A stretch of DNA of 64,000 bases from an uncultured Lentisphaeraceae bacterium (lineage in GTDB: Bacteria; Verrucomicrobiota; Kiritimatiellia; RFP12; DVOR01): positions 7,715 through 71,714 of the forward strand of contig CASEMQ010000053.1 in the NCBI GenBank assembly GCA_949289005.1, given 5' to 3'. This document shows, one piece after another, positions 58,301 to 64,000 of this stretch (position 1 is the first letter of the stretch; the number at the start of each line of letters is the position of its first letter). The position numbers and the translations under genes were made by a program. The notes beneath the pieces were generated by a model. The model saw only the letters and a list, made by a program, of their open reading frames with translations. It made no database searches and had not been told where the DNA came from.

Positions 58301-58594
58301 GGACATGTTCAGCCCCGTCTGCCCGCCTAGGTTCGGCAGGATCGCGTCCGGGCGCTCCTTCGCGATGATTTGCTCCAGGCGCTTCAGGTTCAGCGGCTCG
58401 ATGTAGGTGGCGTCCGCCATCGCCGGGTCCGTCATGATCGTGGCGGGGTTCGAGTTCACCAACACAATCTTGTAGCCCAACGCCCGCAACGCCTTGCACG
58501 CCTGCGTGCCCGAATAGTCAAACTCGCACGCCTGCCCAATGACGATGGGTCCCGAGCCGATGATGAGCACCTTTTTGATGTCCGAACGCTGCAT
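55391..58594 (-). CDS. carB: Carbamoyl-phosphate synthase large subunit
   Basis: GSGPIVIGQACEFDYSG, NSNPATIMTD, GVHTGDS, GPNRIGQGIEFDY, NPETVSTDYD, GPEMRSTGEV, MGS domain. Confidence 0.97.
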   Translation of the reverse strand: MQRSDIKKVLIIGSGPIVIGQACEFDYSGTQACKALRALGYKIVLVNSNPATIMTDPAMADATYIEPLNLKRLEQIIAKERPDAILPNLGGQTGLNMSSALAKAGILDKYGVMVIGVNLDAIERGEDRDVFKHTMQQLGIETPRSGIANSVAEAEKIIEEIGYPVVIRPAYTMGGAGGGFAYNIEELDAIARKGLDLSMTHQILVEESIKGWEELEIEVVRDAKNQMVCVCTIENIDPVGVHTGDSFCAAPMLTIEQPLIDRLTKMAFKIVEAIGVIGGTNVQFAHDPKTGRVVIIEINPRTSRSSALASKATGFPIALVSAKLAAGMTLDELPYWRDGSLEKYTPSGDYVVLKFARWAFEKFRAVEDKLGTQMKAVGEVMSIGKTYKEALQKAIRGLEKGRYGLGWVGFEKLSLKELLERLRTPSSETHFLMYEALRKGATDEQIFDACAVKAYFVQQMRELVQLEEKILAHKGTMPPDDLLIQAKKDGFADRYLAKILGIREKAIRERREALGCVEGWHAVPVSGVEDREYYYSTYNAPDELKLDHNPTKVMILGGGPNRIGQGIEFDYCCCHAAFTLREMGYETVMVNCNPETVSTDYDTSDRLYFEPVTVEDVLQIYRKENPQGIIVQFGGQTPLNIARELSDAGCRILGTSIDSIDVAEDRDLFRHMMDKLGIPMPESGMAANIDDAIAVANTIGYPLMIRPSFVLGGRGMEVIYDEHMLREYVAKAVGVTEDRPLLLDRFLQHALECEADAVSDGETVFIPAVMEHVELAGVHSGDSACIIPSANIPESCLATIRDYTQKIAKALKVCGLMNMQYAIENGKVYVLEANPRASRTVPLVSKVCAIQMAAAATRLMLGQPMARLGLRHGKLPYYGAKEAVCPFDKFPEVDPVLGPEMRSTGEVLGLARDPALAFCKSQEAANAPLPENGAVLASLSVKNEESAQALKAFADLGFTLYATPGTKRFLDAAGVPSESVAKIGKGRPNVLDLIVNKQVSLVLNTPSPRRDALADGSSIRKAALKYRVPYMTTLAAAEMAVKGIAARRKEGDGAVESIQEYHASIVY

Positions 58595-58977
58595 GTTTCC
58601 TGCCTTCCCAAATCATCACGGCTCCATGCCGTAAATCGGGCTTGTATGTTACCAAATCCGCCCCGCCCCCGCAACCAATCGCCGATGCAACGTGATGTGT
58701 GAATCGTCCACAATGTAATTGCGCAGATGGAAGAAAGAAGAGAAAGCGGAAAGAAGGTGGACTGGCAGAGGTCGAGGCAAAGCAGAAGCACGCTCCGACA
58801 GACCCACCACCCCATCGTCCACTACCCCCGCTCACCCCGAAAGGCCCCCTGACCCATGCAAATCTTCCACGCCATCCCACGCCCCCTGCGCAATTCCATT
58901 GACATTCTACAGGATTGCGCCGGGGCCGAAAGTTTGCTATATAATAGCAGGAAAGCAGAGCAGAAAGGATTTCACGG

Positions 58978-60474
58978 ATGAAGAACGAATACTTGGATCG
59001 CTTCATGGCGCAGTTCCCCTTCGAAGGTTTGACGTACGACGACGTGACGTTGGTGACGCAGTACGCGGACTTTCTGCCGGACGACGCAAGCCTGAAGACG
59101 CGCCTGACCAGCCGCCAAGAGATGAACATCCCCTTCATGTCCGCGGCGATGGACACGGTGACCGAGGCGCCGATGGCCATCGCGATGGCCCTGGCCGGCG
59201 GCATCGGCTGCATCCACAAAAACCTGGACGAGGAAGAGCAGGCCGCGCAGGTCGCCCGCGTCAAGCACTACCTCAACGGCCTCATCGAGCGCCCCGTCTG
59301 CTTCCACGCCAACGACGAAGTGGCCTACCTGCTGGCCGAAAAGCGCCGCCGCGGCCTCAAGTTCGGCGGCTTCCCCATCCTCGACGACCAGGATCGCCTG
59401 GTGGGCATGATCTCCGGCAAGGATTTGCGCTATTCCGACTGCGGCAGCGAGAAACTCTCGGCCGTCATGACCAAGGCCACCGTCACCGCCGCCCCCGGCA
59501 CCTCGCTGGAAGAGGCCTACAAAATCATGCGCGCACACAAAATCGGCAAACTGCCGCTGGTGGACAAAGACGGCCGCCTCGCCGGGCTCTATTCCTTCAC
59601 CGACGTGCAGCAGCTCATCGAGAACCAGAACCCCGCCTACAACCGCGACGCCAAGCACCGCCTGCGCGTCTCGGCCTCCGTCTCCGGCGGCTCGGGCGAT
59701 TACCGGCGCATGGAGCGCCTGGCGCAGGAGGAGGTGGACGTCGTGGTCGTCGATTCCGCCCACGGCCACACCAAAGGCATCATGGACATGGTGCGCTGGA
59801 TCGCCAAGCATTACCCCGACATCGACATCATCGCCGGCAACATCGCCACCGGCGAGGCCGCCATCGCCCTGCGCGACGCCGGCGCCCACGCCGTCAAGGT
59901 CGGCATCGGCCCCGGTTCCATCTGCACCACCCGCGTCGTCTGCGGCGTGGGCATCCCCCAGCTCACCGCCATCTACAACGCCCGCAAAGCCCTCGAAGGC
60001 TCCATCCCCGTCATCGGCGACGGCGGCATCAAACTCTCCGGCGACGTCCCCAAAGCCATCACCGCCGGCGCCGACAGCGTCATGCTCGGCTCCGTCCTCG
60101 CCGGCTGCGAGGAATCCCCCGGCGAGAAAATCCTCAACGGCGGCCGCCAATACGTCGTCTACCGCGGCATGGGCTCCCTCGCCGCCCTCAAAAACGGCAA
60201 AGGCTCCCGCGCCCGCTACTTCCAGGACAACGAGAGCGACGACGACCTCGTGCCCCAGGGCATCGAAGGCATGGTGCCCTACTCCGGCCCCGTCCACCGC
60301 ATCATGACGCAATTCTGCGGCGGCCTGCGCAGCACGCTGGGCTACTGCGGGTGCCGCACCATCGCCGAGCTCCAGGCCCGCGGCAAGTTCTACCGCGTCA
60401 CCGCCAACGGCGTCCGCGAGGCCCACCCGCACGACGTCACCATCACCAAGGAAGCCCCCAACTACCGCTCCTGA
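58978..60474 (+). CDS. guaB: IMP dehydrogenase
   Basis: [19 protein letters not shown] pair, [32 protein letters not shown]. Confidence 0.96.
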   Translation: MKNEYLDRFMAQFPFEGLTYDDVTLVTQYADFLPDDASLKTRLTSRQEMNIPFMSAAMDTVTEAPMAIAMALAGGIGCIHKNLDEEEQAAQVARVKHYLNGLIERPVCFHANDEVAYLLAEKRRRGLKFGGFPILDDQDRLVGMISGKDLRYSDCGSEKLSAVMTKATVTAAPGTSLEEAYKIMRAHKIGKLPLVDKDGRLAGLYSFTDVQQLIENQNPAYNRDAKHRLRVSASVSGGSGDYRRMERLAQEEVDVVVVDSAHGHTKGIMDMVRWIAKHYPDIDIIAGNIATGEAAIALRDAGAHAVKVGIGPGSICTTRVVCGVGIPQLTAIYNARKALEGSIPVIGDGGIKLSGDVPKAITAGADSVMLGSVLAGCEESPGEKILNGGRQYVVYRGMGSLAALKNGKGSRARYFQDNESDDDLVPQGIEGMVPYSGPVHRIMTQFCGGLRSTLGYCGCRTIAELQARGKFYRVTANGVREAHPHDVTITKEAPNYRS

Positions 60475-60497
60475 TCCCCGCCGCAAGGAGGCGCCCC

Positions 60498-61424
60498 ATG
60501 GCCGTCGAGCAAAGCAACCCCTTCGGGCAAAAAGACCCACGCGTGATCACGGTCAAGCCCCCCGTCCCCCCCGCCGCCCCCGCGGCGGGGGCCGGGGCGG
60601 GCGCCGCCGCCCACCCCACCCCACCCCTCCTGGACGTCGCGGGCCTCTGCACCTGGTTCCCCATCAAACGCGGCATCTTCGCCCGCACCGTCGGCTACGT
60701 CAAAGCCGTCAACGGCGTCTCCTTCACCATGCGCGCCGGCGAAACCCTCGGCGTCGTCGGCGAATCCGGCTGCGGCAAAAGCACCCTCAGCCGCACCATC
60801 CTTCGCCTCGAAAAGCCTCACTCCGGCACCGTCCGCTTCGAAGGGCGCGACGTCTTCGCCCTCCGCGGCAACGACCTCCTCCAATACCGGCGTGACATGC
60901 AAGTCGTCTTCCAAGACCCCCACGCCACCCTCAACCCCCGCCACTCCGTCCTCGACATCCTCACCGAGGCCATGCTCGTCCACGGCCTCATCAAACCCGC
61001 CGAGGCCCAAGACGTCGCCGCCGAGCTGCTCCGCGACGTCGGCCTCCAGCCCGACGCGATGCACCGCTATCCCCACGCCTTCTCAGGCGGCCAACGCCAG
61101 CGTATCTGCATCGCACGCGCACTCGCCCTCAAACCCAAGATGATCATCTGCGACGAGGCCGTCTCCGCGCTCGACCTCTCCATCCGCGCACAAGTCCTCA
61201 ACCTCCTCATGGAGCTCAAGGACAAATATCACCTCGCCTACCTCTTCATCACCCACGACATCGGCGTCGTCGAACACATCGCCGACAACATCATCGTCAT
61301 GTACAAAGGCGAAATCGTCGAACGCGGCCCCGCCGAGCAAGTCCTCCTCCACCCCCAAGAACCCTACACCAAACGCCTCATCGCCGCCGTCCCCCGCGTT
61401 GGCGGCGCCGCCGTCGGCGCCTGA
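60498..61424 (+). CDS. Oligopeptide/dipeptide ABC transporter ATP-binding subunit (OppF/DppF-like)
   Basis: [53 protein letters not shown]; AAGGAGG RBS. Confidence 0.92.
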   Translation: MAVEQSNPFGQKDPRVITVKPPVPPAAPAAGAGAGAAAHPTPPLLDVAGLCTWFPIKRGIFARTVGYVKAVNGVSFTMRAGETLGVVGESGCGKSTLSRTILRLEKPHSGTVRFEGRDVFALRGNDLLQYRRDMQVVFQDPHATLNPRHSVLDILTEAMLVHGLIKPAEAQDVAAELLRDVGLQPDAMHRYPHAFSGGQRQRICIARALALKPKMIICDEAVSALDLSIRAQVLNLLMELKDKYHLAYLFITHDIGVVEHIADNIIVMYKGEIVERGPAEQVLLHPQEPYTKRLIAAVPRVGGAAVGA

Positions 61425-61446
61425 CCCCGCCAACACACACCTTTCA

Positions 61447-61507
61447 AACCGCAGATTGCGCGGATTGTCACGGATTATTGGCGGGCTACCGCCCGCAGGA
61501 CTGCCAG
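61447..61507 (+). repeat. Left arm of 61-bp inverted repeat flanking the GxxExxY gene
   Basis: Matches the reverse complement of 62002-62062 at 50/61 positions without gaps (30/34 in the outer part). Confidence 0.85.
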
Positions 61508-61563
61508 GATTTTCTATATTTGCCATGACGCTCACAACGCCGTACGCCTAACGGAAACGCATC

Positions 61564-62034
61564 ATGCCAACCTTGCAAGACGACCAAACCTTCGCCATCA
61601 TCGGTGCCGCGTTCAGGGTTCACCACGCCTTGGGTTGCGGTTTCTTGGAAAAGGTCTACCAAGATGCCCTCGAAGTGGAGTTCCGATACGTCAAGATCCC
61701 ATACGAGCGCGAGAAAGCCATCGCGATTCACTATCGTAATGTTCGCTTGGGAGAGTCTTATTATGCAGACTTCCTCTGTTATGGGGATGTCATTGTGGAG
61801 TTGAAGGCCATTCGCAACCTCAACAAAATAGAGGAGGCCCAAGTGATGCATTATCTGCGTGCCACCAAATGTACCCGAGCGCTCTTGATAAACTTCGGAC
61901 AGCCCAGTTTGCAAATCGTCCGCTTTGTGAATGGATACAAACAAACCTTTGACGAAGCGGAAGTGCGTGATTTGGCGGCGCAAGCCGCCACCAAAAGCAC
62001 GCTGGCAGTCCCCTCGGCGGTAGCCGAGCAATAA
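61564..62034 (+). CDS. GxxExxY protein (PD-(D/E)XK-like)
   Basis: IIGAAFRVHHALGCGFLEKVYQDAL, YADFLC, IVELKA, AQVMHYLRAT, LLINFG; visibly lower GC than its neighbours. Confidence 0.92.
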   Translation: MPTLQDDQTFAIIGAAFRVHHALGCGFLEKVYQDALEVEFRYVKIPYEREKAIAIHYRNVRLGESYYADFLCYGDVIVELKAIRNLNKIEEAQVMHYLRATKCTRALLINFGQPSLQIVRFVNGYKQTFDEAEVRDLAAQAATKSTLAVPSAVAEQ

Positions 62035-62062
62035 TCCGCAACAATCCGCGCCATCCGCGGTT
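62002..62062 (-). repeat. Right arm of 61-bp inverted repeat flanking the GxxExxY gene
   Basis: See left arm; it overlaps the last codons of the ORF and ends 8 nt before the alr ATG. Confidence 0.85.
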
Positions 62063-62070
62063 CCCCCACC

Positions 62071-63180
62071 ATGCAACATCGCGTCATCCTCACCATCGAT
62101 TTAAGCAAACTGGCCGCCAACTACCGCGCCGTCTGCGGCGTGGCCGCGCCGTGCGCCGTCATGCCCGTGCTCAAGGCCAACGCCTACGGCCTCGGCGTGG
62201 GGCCCATCGCCCGCGCGCTCGTCGCCGCCGGCGCCCCCCGCATCGCCGTGGCCGAGCCCTACGAAGCCCTCCGGCTCAGCGACCTCGGCGTGCCCATCCA
62301 AATCCTCTCCGCCATTTTGCCCGACGAGATCGCCCCGATGGTCGCGCACGGCGTCACCCTCCCCGTGACCGACCTCGCCACCGCCCGCCTCATCTCCGCC
62401 GAGGCCCTCCGCCAAGGCCGCCGCGCCCCCTGCCACCTGGCGCTCGACACCGGCATGGGCCGCGCCGGCGTGCGTTGGGACGACGCCCCCGCCCTCCTCC
62501 CCGCCCTCCTCGCCCTGCCCGGCCTCGACCTCGAAGGCATCCTCACCCACTTCCCCCTGGCCTACCAAAGCGGCTCCGCCTTCACCCGCGAGCAACTCCG
62601 CCGCTTCCGCGCCGTCCTCGACGCCGCCGGCGCACTCGGCCACACCTTCCGCTGGATCCACGCCGCCAACTCCGACGCCATCAATAACGCCCCCGAGGCC
62701 TGCCGCCCCCCCTTCAACCTCGTCCGCAGCGGCATCAACCTCCACGGTGCCTTCGACGCCGCCGGCGCGCTCCGCGTCCCCCTCGAGCCCGTCCTCACCC
62801 TCACCGCCCGCCTCGCCCAGATCCGCGACCTCCCCGCCGGCACCCCCCTCGGCTACGGCCACACCTACCGCACCCCCCGCGCCATGCGCGTGGGCACCGT
62901 CGCCGCCGGCTATGCCGACGGCCTCCCCCTCGCCCTCTCCAACCGCGGCGCCGTCCTCATCCACGGCACCGCCGCCCCCATCCTCGGCCACCTCTCCATG
63001 GACTACCTCACCGTCAACCTCGACGACGTCCCCAACGCCGCCCCCGGCGACCCCGTCACCCTCCTCGGCCGCGACGGCGACCTCGAAATCCCCGTCCAGG
63101 ACTGGGCCAACCTCAAAGGCACCCACGCCTACGACATCATCTGCTCCATCGGCTCCCGCGTCGCCCGCGCCTACCGCTGA
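62071..63180 (+). CDS. alr: Alanine racemase
   Basis: VLKANAYGLG (PLP lysine), DTGMGRAG, THF, HAANS, GYGHTY, AGYADG, SMD. Confidence 0.95.
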   Translation: MQHRVILTIDLSKLAANYRAVCGVAAPCAVMPVLKANAYGLGVGPIARALVAAGAPRIAVAEPYEALRLSDLGVPIQILSAILPDEIAPMVAHGVTLPVTDLATARLISAEALRQGRRAPCHLALDTGMGRAGVRWDDAPALLPALLALPGLDLEGILTHFPLAYQSGSAFTREQLRRFRAVLDAAGALGHTFRWIHAANSDAINNAPEACRPPFNLVRSGINLHGAFDAAGALRVPLEPVLTLTARLAQIRDLPAGTPLGYGHTYRTPRAMRVGTVAAGYADGLPLALSNRGAVLIHGTAAPILGHLSMDYLTVNLDDVPNAAPGDPVTLLGRDGDLEIPVQDWANLKGTHAYDIICSIGSRVARAYR

Positions 63181-63243
63181 AACCCATCCCGACCACGATC
63201 GCGGCGGTTGGGGAACGAAACGTAAATGCACTAAATCCGCGGC

Positions 63244-63747
63244 ATGGAAGACACACAAGACAACCAGAGGCCGGCAAACGACGCCACGCCGGGGCAACGG
63301 TTGTTGGCGTGGGCGGCGCGGCGCTTCCAATGGCTTGTCGCGCTTGAGTTTGCGGCATGGATGGCCGCGCTTGTCCACGTTTTCGGCGTGATTTGCCCCC
63401 ACGCGACGCTCTTCCTGATTTTGGAAGGCTACTTTGTCCGCGCGGCGCTGACCTGCTGCCTGCGACCCGGCCTGTGGCGCCGACTGCTTGGCCTCCAATT
63501 CCTGATCGGGCCGCTCTGGCTCATGATGGGTGCCACGCTCATCGCCAACCCGTCCACACTCTGGGCAGAAATGCAAAAGCACGTTGATGACCTGATACTC
63601 GCCAGTCTCCTTTACGCCCTGTGCGCCCCTTGGGCCATCGCGGCCGCCGGCCTGCGCAAGGAATGGCCACGCCTCTCGGCAGCAATGCTCCTGGCCGACC
63701 TCCTCAAAACCGCCGCCTTCGCGATAATCCTCCCCCTCACACGCTGA
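63244..63747 (+). CDS. Hypothetical membrane protein
   Basis: 167-aa ORF with several hydrophobic segments; no motif recognised. Confidence 0.55.
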   Translation: MEDTQDNQRPANDATPGQRLLAWAARRFQWLVALEFAAWMAALVHVFGVICPHATLFLILEGYFVRAALTCCLRPGLWRRLLGLQFLIGPLWLMMGATLIANPSTLWAEMQKHVDDLILASLLYALCAPWAIAAAGLRKEWPRLSAAMLLADLLKTAAFAIILPLTR

Positions 63748-63823
63748 CCGCCCACACCCTCGCCATCCTCTTCCCCACATCGCCTCCGCATCGTCCCCCC
63801 CTGTCAAGAACGCCCCGCGGGGA

Positions 63824-63986
63824 AACGCGCCGCGCCGCGCCGCGGGATGCGCCGTGCCGCGACCCGAGGTACGGCGCATCCCGGAAAATGACCCCGCTCC
63901 CTGATTGAAAAGTCGCTTCCGAGCCCCCTCCGGCCCCGCTCGTATTCAACAGGTTTTCAACAGATTCGCGAAAGTTATCGACAAGG
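63824..63986 (+). repeat. Dispersed ~160-bp intergenic element, copy 3
   Basis: Same invariant blocks; more degenerate 22-bp-period units at 63827, 63849, 63871. Confidence 0.88.
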
Positions 63987-64000
63987 TCGCAAGGACGCCA

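Overview
High-GC bacterial chromosomal window. Gene content and order (dnaK-groES-groEL operon, pilB-pilT-pilB, many secreted CAZymes) suggest a PVC-superphylum organism such as Kiritimatiellae/Lentisphaerae; this assignment is inference. Housekeeping genes: surA-rsmA-nudC-murF, dnaK-groS-groL, lepA, gltBD, fusA, carB, guaB, alr, tRNA-Thr(TGT). Glycan-use genes: a Gfo/Idh/MocA + TIM-DUF1080 3-keto-glycoside-type cluster, GH97, GH43, GH29 and a multidomain GH18. Accessory material: the 3' end of an Rhs toxin with two candidate immunity genes, scattered debris of a tRNA-Thr-targeting phage/ICE (att duplicate, integrase remnant, TA pair, polyvalent-protein fragments), and IS remnants. Three signals are not explained by the gene list. 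(1) A ~160-bp intergenic element occurs three times (37179, 47198, 63824). It is built from three 22-bp-period repeats followed by invariant blocks and three helically phased DnaA-box-like 9-mers, resembling an iteron origin or a DnaA-binding module. (2) A sawtooth G-to-C skew resets at almost every transcription-unit boundary. (3) A GxxExxY gene is enclosed by 61-bp inverted repeats. Sigma-54 promoters precede both the chaperone operon and gltBD. All calls come from reading the sequence and motifs by eye; no searches were run.
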